In this document: positions 36,751 through 46,939 of the stretch, in pieces | How positions within the stretch are numbered: position 1 is the stretch's first letter | Layout: every line of letters starts with the position of its first letter | Assembly: GCA_041645165.1 (NCBI GenBank) | Contig: JBAZQN010000001.1 | Span: 53,971-117,970 of the forward strand | DNA: 64,000 bases | Direction of reading: 5' to 3' | Origin: Patescibacteria group bacterium | GTDB taxonomy: Bacteria; Patescibacteriota; Patescibacteriia; 2-02-FULL-49-11 | Notes under the pieces: model-generated | What the model was told of the DNA's origin: nothing | Databases searched by the model: none | What the model saw: the letters and a program-made list of their open reading frames with translations, nothing else | Made by a program: the position numbers and the translations under genes

Positions 36751-37806
36751 TCATTCGCGTTCTATACTACGTCGTATGTCATTGAAATCTTGATAATAAG
36801 GAGTGGAAGGATCAGTGACTGCAGCGTGGAGAGGAAGTGCACGCCCCAACAATTTTTTAAACGTACGATTGAGTATTTTCAAAAATGGGAATTTCTTGAC
36901 AAGTGCAACTTTCCAATGTCCGCGCGAGGGGATGGAGGGTGAGATATGGAATTCTGCATATTCCCGATTGAGTTGCCGTGCAAGGAAATTCCAGAAACTT
37001 TTGCGTACGATCCTCATTGCTTCGTCAGCGGGCAGGTGGTCTTTTTCCGCGAGTGCAGTCGTCGTGAGCGTTTCGAAGAGCGCGTATGCAGGGGGGAATG
37101 TTTCTTGTACGACCCAATCAAAATAATTTGGTACTGGTTTATTGCGGTCGTGAATATGGCGTATGAATTGGAGGCAATCGATGAGCTTTGATTTTCCTTC
37201 TATAATAGAAAGCGCGCAAGGGATAATCTCACATCCCATGCTCACATCTTTGATTTTTTCACGGTGCGCCCAGTGGGCGTGCATCGCAGTGGTGCGGTGG
37301 ACTGAAAAGAGCGTCACATAATAACGGGAAAAATAATACATAAGGCGTACCGCCGAGCTTTCTTGTTCATACTGCGGTTGGGGATAATCTTTTATTTTGG
37401 TGATGCGTCCAGCTACCTTGTTTCCTTCTATTCTCAGGGCCACCGCATGACCGTGCGCCGAAGCATAGTCGCGGTGCGATTCCAGGAATTCAGCGCAGCG
37501 GGTGAGTGAGGAAGGGATTTGGAAATCATCATCGCCGATCATGCACATGTACTCCTCAGTAACGTTTTCTAACAGGTGATAAGTTGCTACATCGATGGTT
37601 TCGTTAGGGAAAGAGAAGTAATGAACCGTGAGGGAGGGGAGTGACGCGATCGCTTCACGCTGCGCTAAGTCGTGCGCCGCATTGCTCGAGTCGCCGATAT
37701 AGATGGGATGCGGGCATCCCACCTGCACATAATACTTCAGCTGCCGAATGACAAATTCGGAGCGGTTCATCGTGGGAATGAGTATGGCAACGAATGGAGA
37801 AGACAT
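36751..37806 (-). CDS. GT-A-like (DxD) glycosyltransferase-domain protein, of the kind found next to N-acetyl sugar amidotransferases
   Basis: VAILIPTMNR...IGDSSN and CMIGDDDFQIP (DxD). Confidence 0.5.
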   Translation of the reverse strand: MSSPFVAILIPTMNRSEFVIRQLKYYVQVGCPHPIYIGDSSNAAHDLAQREAIASLPSLTVHYFSFPNETIDVATYHLLENVTEEYMCMIGDDDFQIPSSLTRCAEFLESHRDYASAHGHAVALRIEGNKVAGRITKIKDYPQPQYEQESSAVRLMYYFSRYYVTLFSVHRTTAMHAHWAHREKIKDVSMGCEIIPCALSIIEGKSKLIDCLQFIRHIHDRNKPVPNYFDWVVQETFPPAYALFETLTTTALAEKDHLPADEAMRIVRKSFWNFLARQLNREYAEFHISPSIPSRGHWKVALVKKFPFLKILNRTFKKLLGRALPLHAAVTDPSTPYYQDFNDIRRSIERE

Positions 37807-37827
37807 AGGTACTCTCTTCTAATACAA

Positions 37828-38400
37828 TTATACATGATCGTGTATGGGTGGGGTTATTTTTAACTTATCCACATTTGTGAGTATGGTATATACCTCTAAT
37901 ATATTTTTCACTTCATAGTGGGGTGCTACTGTCGAAGGATATAGGTCATTGGCGATGCGAAATGTAATTCCGCAGCAATTACGACCAAACTCGACATCAC
38001 TGTCTTTATCCCCTACAAAAAAACTTTTTTGAAGCGAAATATTGTATTCTTGCGCGGCTTGCAGAGCAAGTCCAGGTTTTGGTTTCCTGCACTCACACGC
38101 TCCCGTGAAATCAGGATGATGGGGACAGAAGTACGTTTTGAGGATATGTACACCCTTCTCGGCGAGCTCCCGTTCCACTGCGTTGGTAAATTCAATAGCC
38201 TCTTTTTCCGAATAGATGCCGCGCGCGATGCCTGCCTGATTCGTTACCATAATGAACCGGTAGCCTTGACCCTGTAATAATAAAAGCCCTTCGACGGCAT
38301 CAGGAAGGAATTCAATATGCTCTGGTTTATGGGGGTAACCTATATCGCGGATGATCGTGCCATCGCGGTCAAGAAAGATAAAGTTAGGCGAAGTAGTCAT
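37828..38400 (-). CDS. gmhB: D,D-heptose 1,7-bisphosphate phosphatase (HAD IIIA, GmhB-like)
   Basis: FIFLDRDGTI...MVTNQAGIARG...FVGDKDSD. Confidence 0.75.
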   Translation of the reverse strand: MTTSPNFIFLDRDGTIIRDIGYPHKPEHIEFLPDAVEGLLLLQGQGYRFIMVTNQAGIARGIYSEKEAIEFTNAVERELAEKGVHILKTYFCPHHPDFTGACECRKPKPGLALQAAQEYNISLQKSFFVGDKDSDVEFGRNCCGITFRIANDLYPSTVAPHYEVKNILEVYTILTNVDKLKITPPIHDHV

Positions 38401-38947
38401 CGATCATTTCACAGAGGAGGTGAATAATAAGAATATGGCATTCTTGAATACGCGGTGTGCTAGAGGAGGGGACAGTTAATATTTCGTCGCACCATTCATT
38501 CATTTTTCCGCCATCGTTGCCGGTTAAGCCCACCGTTTTCATATTCATTTCCCGCGCTTTTTGCAACCCTTTCACAATATTGGGAGAATTTCCGCTGGCG
38601 GAAATGGCAATGTAAATATCGCCTTCCCTGGCTAACGATTCCAGCTGCCGTGAGAACACATACTCAAATCCAAAATCATTCGCAATCGCGGTAAGGTTTG
38701 AAGTATTAGTGGTAAGCGCGATTGCAGGAAGGGGTTTGCGTTTTTCTTTCTCAAATTTCCCTGCAAGCTCTGCGGCGAAGTGTTGCGCGTCAGCAGCTGA
38801 TCCTCCGTTGCCGGCGATAAATAGTTTATTGCCTTGCTTCAATGCGTCAATAATTTTCTGGCCGATTGATTGAATTTGCGTGAGACATGAAGCCTGCAGC
38901 AATTTCTGCTTCAGTTCAATTGATTCTTTAATAGAGCGTTCAATCAT
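38384..38947 (-). CDS. gmhA: sedoheptulose-7-phosphate isomerase (SIS domain, GmhA-like)
   Basis: FIAGNGGSAADAQHFAAELAGKF...ISASGNSPNIVKG. Confidence 0.8.
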   Translation of the reverse strand: MIERSIKESIELKQKLLQASCLTQIQSIGQKIIDALKQGNKLFIAGNGGSAADAQHFAAELAGKFEKEKRKPLPAIALTTNTSNLTAIANDFGFEYVFSRQLESLAREGDIYIAISASGNSPNIVKGLQKAREMNMKTVGLTGNDGGKMNEWCDEILTVPSSSTPRIQECHILIIHLLCEMIDDYFA

Positions 38948-38992
38948 AGTGGCGTTTAGTGGCGTAATAAAAGCGTCATCTGGCTTCTATTG

Positions 38993-40039
38993 TCAAAACG
39001 GCCCTTTAAATTTATTCTCATAGCTATAGAATTCTTCTCCACTTAGGTCAGTTTCAGAGAGCCCTAATTTCTGTTCAATGGCCTTGATAATCTGTATTGC
39101 ATTTGGGTAAAATTTATTCTCGAGCGGCCGGGTCGTAGGGCACGGTGTCTCAGCAAACCCTATTCGCGTAATAGGAGATTTTAATTCATTGAAACAATGT
39201 TCTTGCACGCGCGCTGCGACTTCGGCGCTGAAACCGCAGTTAAGCCAGTCATAATCCACGACGATGCAGTGCCCCGTTTTTTTTATTGAATCATATATCA
39301 GGGTGTAATCAAGGGGAGAAATAGTTCGAGGATCGATGACCTCGACGCGCACTCCTCGGCGGGCAAGGATCTCCGCTGCTTTCACTGCCTCTATGACCAT
39401 CCATGAAACGCCAATCACCGTGACATCGGTTCCTTCACGGATACAGCGGGGAACGCCAAGCGGTTCAAGGTAATTCGGGTCTTCTGGCACTTCGCCAGGC
39501 GTGTCATAAAGCCATCGCTGCTCGATAATGAGAACCGGATTATCATCACGGATGGCAGATTTGAGCAAACCTTTCATGTCTGCGGCAGTGGAAGGAAGCG
39601 CCACTTTGAGTCCGGGGAGGTGGGCAAAGAGAGCGTGGAGAGTTTTGCTATGCTGCATGCCTTGTCCCCATCCGCGGCCAATGACCGTGCGGATGGTGAG
39701 CGGTACCTTAAGTTTGCCTGCGGAGGTATAGCGCATGCTGGTAACCATGTTAGCCAGTTGGTTTAGCGTAAGAAGGAGGAAATCTACTCGAATGTGCACA
39801 TTGACCGGCCGCAGCCCCATTACCGCCGCACCCAGCCCTATGCCCATAAGCGCATCTTCAGAAAGCGGTGTGCTGAAATATCGTTTCGCGCCAAATTGTT
39901 CCAACAATCCTTTGCCGCTACCGAAGGTACGCTTGAAGTCTGCCACATCCAAGCCGTAGACAAACACACGCTCATCGCGCTCCATTTCCTCACGGAGTGC
40001 TTCAGTGATAGCTTCGCGGTACGTTATTATGCGAGACAT
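38993..40039 (-). CDS. TPP-dependent 2-oxoacid dehydrogenase E1 component, beta subunit (transketolase-C-like)
   Basis: ITYREAITEALREEMERDERVFVYGLDV and C-terminal transketolase-like blocks. Confidence 0.75.
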   Translation of the reverse strand: MSRIITYREAITEALREEMERDERVFVYGLDVADFKRTFGSGKGLLEQFGAKRYFSTPLSEDALMGIGLGAAVMGLRPVNVHIRVDFLLLTLNQLANMVTSMRYTSAGKLKVPLTIRTVIGRGWGQGMQHSKTLHALFAHLPGLKVALPSTAADMKGLLKSAIRDDNPVLIIEQRWLYDTPGEVPEDPNYLEPLGVPRCIREGTDVTVIGVSWMVIEAVKAAEILARRGVRVEVIDPRTISPLDYTLIYDSIKKTGHCIVVDYDWLNCGFSAEVAARVQEHCFNELKSPITRIGFAETPCPTTRPLENKFYPNAIQIIKAIEQKLGLSETDLSGEEFYSYENKFKGPF

Positions 40040-40040
40040 A

Positions 40041-40997
40041 TTATAATGCGTAAATATCGCTGTAGAGTTCCTGCGGATCGGGAAACGAGGCTATTTTTGC
40101 TTTCCGAACGCTTTCAGTCAATTGTTGTTGCACTGATTCCTCATACCTCTTCAGGTCGTCGTTCATCCCTTGGGAGAACAATTTCGTACGTTGCAGTTCG
40201 AGGGGATCCCGCGCTTTCCATTGTTTGTATATTTCTTCTGAGCGGTATCCCGCATGGAAGTCGGTATACATTCCGACGTGTTCATAGTAACGGTAGTACT
40301 TAAAGTGGAGAAAAGCTGGCCGTTGATCGGAGCGGAGCTGGGCAATTGCTTGAGTAGTGGTTTGATAGATTTGTTGTACGTCTGTCGTTTCATTTGCATA
40401 TGCATTGCAGTCAAATTGTCGCACAATATCAGTAATTGAACGATAGCCATGCCGTTCTTCCGTCGAGGTATGGATTGCAAGATCATTGTCTTCGCAGATA
40501 AAGAGAATAGGGAGTTTTTTTAAACACGCAAAATTAATGCTTTCCCAGAAAACACCTTCATCAGTCGCCCCATCACCAAAGAATACCGCCGTTATTCTTC
40601 CCGTCGCAAGATATTGTTGAGCAAGAGCGCTTCCTACCGCCATAGGGATGGTGGTGCCCACTACTGCGGAGGTTGCGACCAGTCCGTGTTCAGGCGAGGC
40701 GATATGCATTGATCCTGCCTTTCCTTTCTGCGTACCTGTCGCTTTGCCGTAGAGTTCACAGAAGAATGCGTCAGTTTCCATGGTCCTCGCGAGGTAGATG
40801 CCATGGCTGCGGTAGGTGCCGAAGAGGTAATCATCCTTTGCAAGCGCTTGTAGCACGCCTGCCGCAATGTGTTCACCTCCGACATACAAGTGGCAGGGAG
40901 TCTTCATTTCATCCTCTTCATAGTGCGCTCTGATTTTCTCTTCCGTGGCGCGGATGAGGTACATCTTTTTGTAGAGTTCGAAATTGAGGTTATCCAT
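40041..40997 (-). CDS. TPP-dependent 2-oxoacid dehydrogenase E1 component, alpha subunit
   Basis: ThDP-binding GDGATDEGVFWESINFA motif. Directly upstream of the beta subunit, separated by 1 nt. Confidence 0.75.
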   Translation of the reverse strand: MDNLNFELYKKMYLIRATEEKIRAHYEEDEMKTPCHLYVGGEHIAAGVLQALAKDDYLFGTYRSHGIYLARTMETDAFFCELYGKATGTQKGKAGSMHIASPEHGLVATSAVVGTTIPMAVGSALAQQYLATGRITAVFFGDGATDEGVFWESINFACLKKLPILFICEDNDLAIHTSTEERHGYRSITDIVRQFDCNAYANETTDVQQIYQTTTQAIAQLRSDQRPAFLHFKYYRYYEHVGMYTDFHAGYRSEEIYKQWKARDPLELQRTKLFSQGMNDDLKRYEESVQQQLTESVRKAKIASFPDPQELYSDIYAL

Positions 40998-41055
40998 ATC
41001 GAGACTTCCCCATCCCCTCCTTAGTAAGGAGGGGACAAGTGATGTTGTCCTTTAT

Positions 41056-41991
41056 TTATACAAGATTCGAAAAATGATTATTCCTAATGATTTGGAATCC
41101 TTTTATTAATTCCCTAATACCGTCGGAAAGATGGTAGCGGGGCACAAAACCTGTCTTTTCAATTTTTTCATTGCTTACGATGTAGTTTCGCTTATCCCTA
41201 TCCTCGCCAATTTTTGCATCGGTAAAATAAAAATCAGGCACCTGCTTCTTGATCTCCTCGCATAATTCCCATTTGCTCAAGTTTGCATCGCTCAATCCGA
41301 CATTATACACGTTGTTTTTCATTTGATTCAGATTATTCAACGCGTGCAAGAAAGCGCGTGCCACGTCGCGCACATGGATGTAATTCCTTTTAAAATGCGA
41401 TTCGAATAGGATAAGGAAGCGGTCGTTCACCGCGCGATGGACGAAATCGTTGACAAGGAGATCGAGGCGCATGCGCGGGCTTATGCCGAACGCGGTAGCC
41501 AGGCGCAGGGTAATGGCATTGCCTGCTTCAAGGATTTCTTTCTCTGCCTGCACTTTCAGCCTGCCATAGAGCGAGACGGGGCGAAGCGGCGTTTCTTCAG
41601 TGCAATATATCCCTTCTTCGCCAACGCCGTAGCCGCTGTTGGTCGTGGGATAGATAATGAGCTGATCCGGCCGTCTCGTTTTTAGCATATGGCGCACCGC
41701 GTCCACAATGACCGCCTGCGCTTCGTGCGGGTTGCGGTCGCACAAAGGCGCGCCCGTGAGGCATGCAAGCGGGAAAATCGCGTCAGCATCACTAATGAGT
41801 TTTTCCATGAGCCCTTCATTCCTGACATCGCCGTGGATGATGGCAAGATCGGGGTCATGCACGACATCAAGGAGCGGCGTCTGGCCGTAGCGAAAATTAT
41901 CCACGACCGTAACCTTGTGCCCTTCTTGGAGAAGGGCAGGGACGAGGATGGAGCCGATATATCCGGCGCCGCCGGTAACGAGGATATGCAT
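41056..41991 (-). CDS. NAD-dependent epimerase/dehydratase (extended SDR)
   Basis: ILVTGGAGYIGS and an extended-SDR fold. Start likely at MHILVTGG. Confidence 0.75.
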   Translation of the reverse strand: MHILVTGGAGYIGSILVPALLQEGHKVTVVDNFRYGQTPLLDVVHDPDLAIIHGDVRNEGLMEKLISDADAIFPLACLTGAPLCDRNPHEAQAVIVDAVRHMLKTRRPDQLIIYPTTNSGYGVGEEGIYCTEETPLRPVSLYGRLKVQAEKEILEAGNAITLRLATAFGISPRMRLDLLVNDFVHRAVNDRFLILFESHFKRNYIHVRDVARAFLHALNNLNQMKNNVYNVGLSDANLSKWELCEEIKKQVPDFYFTDAKIGEDRDKRNYIVSNEKIEKTGFVPRYHLSDGIRELIKGFQIIRNNHFSNLV

Positions 41992-42175
41992 ATTTATTCT
42001 CATTTATACCTCCATAACAATATCATATCTTGTGGGTTTGTTCAATTTGACAATATAAGAGAATTCGTGGTAGAAAGAGGTGGTAAAAAATAACTCACGC
42101 GGCTGTTTGAAAAAGAAAAAATGAATTTTTCAGACGGGCGATTTCTTTTCACAATTCAAATCATGAGGTGAAGTT

Positions 42176-42814
42176 ATGCAACAATCAAATTTATTCCCGC
42201 CGAAAATTTTGCCTCCCCTCACAATTCTCGGTACCGATAGTGGCAGACGGCGCGCCCTACTTGAGGCCGATTTTCAAATCGGACCAGATCCCATCAAAGA
42301 TGTTGTTAAAAAGTTTGGAGGATGGGGTCGCAATATCCCTAACATAGCCGAACAGTTTCCCGCCATTCACGTTATGGCGATCACGAAGGATCGGCAGGTG
42401 ATCGCGCTTTATCATCAACGAGTGTGGCGCGGAATTCGGCTCGAGTTCTCAGGTGGTAACGTCGCTCTTGGACAGGATCCGGAGCAGGTCATCCGGGAAC
42501 GATTGCTGAAAGAAACCGGCTACGTCGCCGGTCCTGTAAAAATTCTCGTCTTTGATCATGAGTACAAGGAGGGTGATTTCGACCCGGCAAGCTGTCCGAT
42601 TGGATATCTCATGGTTCTTGCAACGAACTGCGAGCTCGACGAGAACTATGAGGGCACGATGGGCGAACGATCGGAAGTGATCCTCACACCGTTGGAAGAT
42701 TGGGTACCGTTATTGCTGAATCATCGTTACATTGATGGCAAAACGGCAACCATCACCCTCGCCGTGCTGGACGAGATAGGGGTGAAGTTTGATTTTTCGA
42801 GCGTTCAAATTTGA
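42176..42814 (+). CDS. hypothetical protein, possibly degenerate NUDIX-like
   Basis: GGNVALGQDPEQVIRERLLKETGY loosely fits the NUDIX box. Confidence 0.3.
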   Translation: MQQSNLFPPKILPPLTILGTDSGRRRALLEADFQIGPDPIKDVVKKFGGWGRNIPNIAEQFPAIHVMAITKDRQVIALYHQRVWRGIRLEFSGGNVALGQDPEQVIRERLLKETGYVAGPVKILVFDHEYKEGDFDPASCPIGYLMVLATNCELDENYEGTMGERSEVILTPLEDWVPLLLNHRYIDGKTATITLAVLDEIGVKFDFSSVQI

Positions 42815-42920
42815 GCGTTTTCTCGTTCAAACGGTAAAAGGTCAATGTATCCATATATTTTGGTGCGTTGGCCTTTTCAATTTTGGCGAGTGTGAGATAA
42901 TAAGCAAAGCGTGCACGTCT

Positions 42921-43030
42921 CACGTCATCCCGCAGGCAAGATGCGGGAACCAGAAATAAAAATAAACAAAAAACCGATCGATTTTCTGTTTATGTTTTGT
43001 CTGGATTCCTGCCTGCGCAGGAATGACAAC
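42921..43030 (-). repeat. structured repeat family B, core copy in reverse orientation
   Basis: cgtcatcccgcaggcaagatgcggga...atcgatt...ggattcctgcctgcgcaggaatgac is the reverse complement of the B core hairpins with different loops. The outer TIRs are absent. Confidence 0.65.
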
Positions 43031-43062
43031 AGCGTGAACGCTAGGGATAAATGTGTAATTTC

Positions 43063-43855
43063 AGGTATGCTTAATGAGACTCAAGAATATTTAAATTTCG
43101 CTGCGGAATTTGCCAAAAAGGCAGGCGAAATTGTGATGGAATTTCGCGGTAGAGTGAAAAATGTGGAATGGACCGCCCGGACGCATTTCCGGACGGAGAT
43201 TGATACGAAGGTGGGGGAGTTGGTGCGCCGCGAGATTGGACAGAGATTTCCGGAGCACAATATTCACTCGGAAGAATTTGAAGATAAGGACGCAAAAAGT
43301 CCTTATACTTGGGTCATTGACGAACTGGACGGCACTATCCCATATTTTCGCGGCACGACTGATCATTTTTCTGTATGCATCAGTCTTTGTGAAAACGGCG
43401 TGCCGATTATCGGCGTAGTGAATGCGTGCGGGCGCGGCGAAATGTACACAGCGGAGAAAGGAAAAGGAGCATTTTGTAATAGCGAAGCAATTCACGTCGG
43501 TGATACCACAGAAGTCAACCATGTAATTATGGGAATTGATCCAGGTAAATTCGACCGTCAGGCATACGTGCCTTTCATTAATCGTGCTATGGCGCTGGAC
43601 GGTATTTCATGTTTTCTTCAGTCCGGCTGCGCCAGTGTGCCGCTCTGTCTGGTCGCGAGCGGGAAGTACGATGCGTACCTTGCAACCTCGCTCAACCCAG
43701 AAGACATGGCTGCTGCGGTGTGTATTATTCGTGAAGCCGGTGGGAAGGTTACGAATCTTAAGGGTGAAGAATGGAAACTCGGCGATGCTTCGATTCTCGC
43801 GGCTAATCCCGCGCTTCACGAGAAACTCTCGGATTTTTTTAAGATAGGCATATAA
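43063..43855 (+). CDS. inositol monophosphatase/CysQ-family phosphatase
   Basis: WVIDELDGTIPYFRG and WDxAAG-like blocks. The upstream extension of the 42911 ORF overlaps repeat B2 and was discarded. Confidence 0.75.
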
Positions 43856-43970
43856 TTTTGAGGATGCAGACTTTGTCCGCCATTTCGCGCAAAATGGCGG
43901 ACAAATAGTTTAACCGTTCATTTCGAGCCAAATGATCAGTTGCAATTAGGATTGAAGAGTTAAGAATTTT

Positions 43971-44004
43971 ATCCCACTATTTTACGATCGTATAATAGTG
44001 GGGT
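43971..44004. promoter_or_regulatory. palindrome copy P3 (cccactattttacgatcgtataatagtgggg)
   Basis: Perfect dyad identical in core to P1; it also shares upstream taaga(a/t)ttt context. Confidence 0.45.
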
Positions 44005-44063
44005 TGAGTTAAAGGTGACGTGAAAGATACTAAACGAAATAAGATAAAAAAGCGATGGGGGAA

Positions 44064-45221
44064 TTAAACACTATTAACCACATTGCAAATGTAGTGCACG
44101 TCTTCTGGGGTGATGGACTCGTTATTGGGCAGGAAGAATCCGCAGGAATGGATTTTATCGGATACCTCGTCATGGAACTCGCCGTAGCGTTCGCTCCAGA
44201 AGGGGTGAAGGCCGAGGTTGCCGGCGGAGAAAAGCCGCGTTTCAATGTGATGCGCATCGAGCGCTGCCACGATTTGTTTCCGGTGAGCGCGGTCGCGCGC
44301 AAGCGCGCCGAATGAAATGCTGCACGGCGCTGCTTTTTCGCTCCAGCGCTGCCATTCCAAAGAGGGGAGGAGTTTCGCATAGAGGAGGTGGTTTTCCGTG
44401 CGGCGTTTCGTCACGGCGTTTGCCTTATCAATCATGCGCAATCCTAAAAACGCTTGTGCATCAGTGGTGCGAAGATTAAATCCGGGTACAATAAAGGTGA
44501 AAGGCTCGTGCCAGTCGTCAAGATGATATTTTTGCATGAACGCGGACCTTTTCTCTTTGGGAAGGTCTTTGAGCCATCCATGGCTGCGCAGCATTAAAAG
44601 CAGATGATAAAGATCTTCATCATCCGTGTTTACCATGCCTCCTTCAATGGTGGACAGTTGATGGCCGAAAAAGAAAGAAAACGACGACATGGCGCTGAAG
44701 GCACCCACTTTTTTGCCGCCGTATTCGGCCCCCAGCGCGGCGCACGCGTCTTCCATGAAAAAAAATCCGTAGCGGCGCTGCAGTGCGGCGAGTGAATCCA
44801 TATCCATGGGCACTCCCAGCACTTGGACCGCAATGACGGCGGCAGGATCATGCTGCTGCAGCAGGCGTTCCAATTGCGACAGGTCGAGGCCGAAGTTATC
44901 CTTGTCCGCTCCGCACATGAGAGGCTCAAAGCCGAATTGCATAAATGGCGCAATGGTGGTGACCCACCCTACGCTCGGCACGACCACTTTTCTATTTTTT
45001 AATTTTCCGGATAAGAGCGCCGCATACGCCATGAGCAGGTTCGCGGAAGAGCCGGAATTGCAAAATACCGCATATTTCGTGCCAATCCAGCGAGCCCATT
45101 GGCACTCGAATTCAAGCGTCAGCGGCCCTTTAGTCAATTGCGGGTTATGCTGCAGCCAATCCGCCAGGGCGTTCAGATCGTGCTGATCAATAATTTGTTC
45201 TGCAAGTTTATACTGTCTCAT
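44064..45221 (-). CDS. DegT/DnrJ/EryC1/StrS-family PLP-dependent sugar aminotransferase
   Basis: KYAVFCNSGSSANLLMAYAAL plus the conserved Lys region. Confidence 0.8.
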   Translation of the reverse strand: MRQYKLAEQIIDQHDLNALADWLQHNPQLTKGPLTLEFECQWARWIGTKYAVFCNSGSSANLLMAYAALLSGKLKNRKVVVPSVGWVTTIAPFMQFGFEPLMCGADKDNFGLDLSQLERLLQQHDPAAVIAVQVLGVPMDMDSLAALQRRYGFFFMEDACAALGAEYGGKKVGAFSAMSSFSFFFGHQLSTIEGGMVNTDDEDLYHLLLMLRSHGWLKDLPKEKRSAFMQKYHLDDWHEPFTFIVPGFNLRTTDAQAFLGLRMIDKANAVTKRRTENHLLYAKLLPSLEWQRWSEKAAPCSISFGALARDRAHRKQIVAALDAHHIETRLFSAGNLGLHPFWSERYGEFHDEVSDKIHSCGFFLPNNESITPEDVHYICNVVNSV

Positions 45222-45937
45222 GATGTAGAAGAGAAATAATCTAAGGCTTTACTATACCGTTCCGGCGTACCTATGTCGATGAACTGTTCAGAGGTGGCAA
45301 ATCCGTACAATCCCTTGCCAATGAGTGCAGGGAATAGGTCGTATTCAAGAGACGTCTTTGCGTCTGGCGGGATGAGGGAGAGCGCCTTCTTATGGAAGAG
45401 GTAGATACCGGCATTTCTCCATTGCGCCTCTGGGAGATTTTCTTTTTCTCTAAACGCCACAATGCGCTTACTGCGCTCGTCAATTATTACGTTGCCTGCG
45501 TCAGTGCGCTCATTACATTTACTGCATACCATAGTTGCGAGCGTGTTTTTATGCATAAAGTGCTGCTGTGCTACTTCAAGGAGATTAACCGGACAATAGG
45601 AATCTCCATTGGCAACAAAAAAATATTCACCGCGCAAGAGCGTTTCAGCCTGTTTGAGAGCGCCCCCTGTCCCGAGGGGCGCGTCTTCTTTTGAATACAC
45701 AAGGTGTTTTGTGTAAGGACTTGAGCGGTAATAACTCTCGATATCCTCCGCCTTATAACCAACGCAGAGGATGATGCGTGTTGTGCCTATGCGGAGGAAT
45801 TGCTCAATCAGCCGTGAAAGAAAGGGTATGCCGTTAAAGGGGGCAAGTACTTTAGGGATACTCGGATCTACTGCACGGAAACGGGTACCCAAACCTCCGC
45901 ACAGGATGCATACCTCTAATGGTTCATTCCTTTTCAT
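45218..45937 (-). CDS. sugar-1-phosphate nucleotidyltransferase (HddC/PtmE-like)
   Basis: CILCGGLGTRFRAVDPSIPKVLAPF. 4-nt overlap with the aminotransferase gene. Confidence 0.75.
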   Translation of the reverse strand: MKRNEPLEVCILCGGLGTRFRAVDPSIPKVLAPFNGIPFLSRLIEQFLRIGTTRIILCVGYKAEDIESYYRSSPYTKHLVYSKEDAPLGTGGALKQAETLLRGEYFFVANGDSYCPVNLLEVAQQHFMHKNTLATMVCSKCNERTDAGNVIIDERSKRIVAFREKENLPEAQWRNAGIYLFHKKALSLIPPDAKTSLEYDLFPALIGKGLYGFATSEQFIDIGTPERYSKALDYFSSTS

Positions 45938-46935
45938 GGTACGACACCTCCCAAGGTAGTGTGGTTAAAGATAACGGTACTTCCTTCTGTTTCAAATTTA
46001 AACGGAATTTCTAAAAGCCGACGCAATCGTTCTCGCACCATAGGCTGTGACGAGGGGGGCACAAAGAGGAGGAGAAATCCACCTCCGCCGGCGCCCAGGA
46101 TCTTCCCGCCCCTCGCGCCTGCGTGCAGCGCATCCTCATATATTGAATCGATCACTTCATTCGTGACTCCTTCGGCGAGTGACTGCTTGAGGCGCCAATT
46201 TTCATGCAAAAGTCCCCCAAACTCTTGGATTGCGCCGGTCTTCAGTATATGGCGCGCTTCGTTGACGAGTTGCATGAGATGCGACAACTCTTTTTCACGC
46301 TTGGAGAAATTGTCTATTTTGCTTTTTTCGATGAGTGAAGCCATTCTGGTAAATCCAGTAAAAAAGAGCATGAGGTGGCATTGCAGCTCGGCACTCACCT
46401 CAGGGGATACCTCGAGGGGGCTCACCGTGATCTCGCCATCGGGATGAAACGTAATATGGTTAAATCCTCCGTACGCGGCGGCAATCTGATCTTGAGAGCC
46501 GACAGTTTCCCGTATGCGTTGCTGTTCCACCTCGATTGCCTGTGCCGCGAGCGTCTTTTTATCGATTGTTCTGCCATTCAAAACATGGAGGGCGTGGAGG
46601 AGTCCCACGGTGAATGATGAGCTTGTGCCAATGCCGGATCGTGCGGGCAGATCGCCATCATGGTGCACCTCCAATCCCTCGTCATGTCCCAGGAATTTGA
46701 TGCATTCGCGCACCACGGGATGCTGGATTTCATCCGTGTCATTCGCCGTTTCAATATGGGAATAGACAATGCGGTGTTTGTGTTCAAAAAAGGGAGGCAG
46801 ATTGCGGCAGCTCACATAGCAGTATTTGTCGATGGAGGTGCTGATGACCGCACCGCCGTGCATGAGAAACCATTTTGGATGGTCAGTGCCACCGCCGAAA
46901 AAAGATATACGGTAGGGTGTTCTCGTAATGACCAT
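45934..46935 (-). CDS. GHMP-family sugar kinase (D-glycero-D-manno-heptose 7-phosphate kinase HddA-like)
   Basis: GHMP motif LPARSGIGTSSSFTVGLLHAL. 4-nt overlap with the nucleotidyltransferase gene. Confidence 0.7.
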   Translation of the reverse strand: MVITRTPYRISFFGGGTDHPKWFLMHGGAVISTSIDKYCYVSCRNLPPFFEHKHRIVYSHIETANDTDEIQHPVVRECIKFLGHDEGLEVHHDGDLPARSGIGTSSSFTVGLLHALHVLNGRTIDKKTLAAQAIEVEQQRIRETVGSQDQIAAAYGGFNHITFHPDGEITVSPLEVSPEVSAELQCHLMLFFTGFTRMASLIEKSKIDNFSKREKELSHLMQLVNEARHILKTGAIQEFGGLLHENWRLKQSLAEGVTNEVIDSIYEDALHAGARGGKILGAGGGGFLLLFVPPSSQPMVRERLRRLLEIPFKFETEGSTVIFNHTTLGGVVP

Positions 46936-46939
46936 ATAT

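Noticed and set aside
42911-43062. N-terminal extension of the IMPase ORF (MHVSRHPAGKMREPE...)
   Set aside because: The extension is encoded by repeat family B copy 2 and lacks homology to the family. The internal start at 43063 (MLNETQEYLN) fits the IMPase N-terminus.
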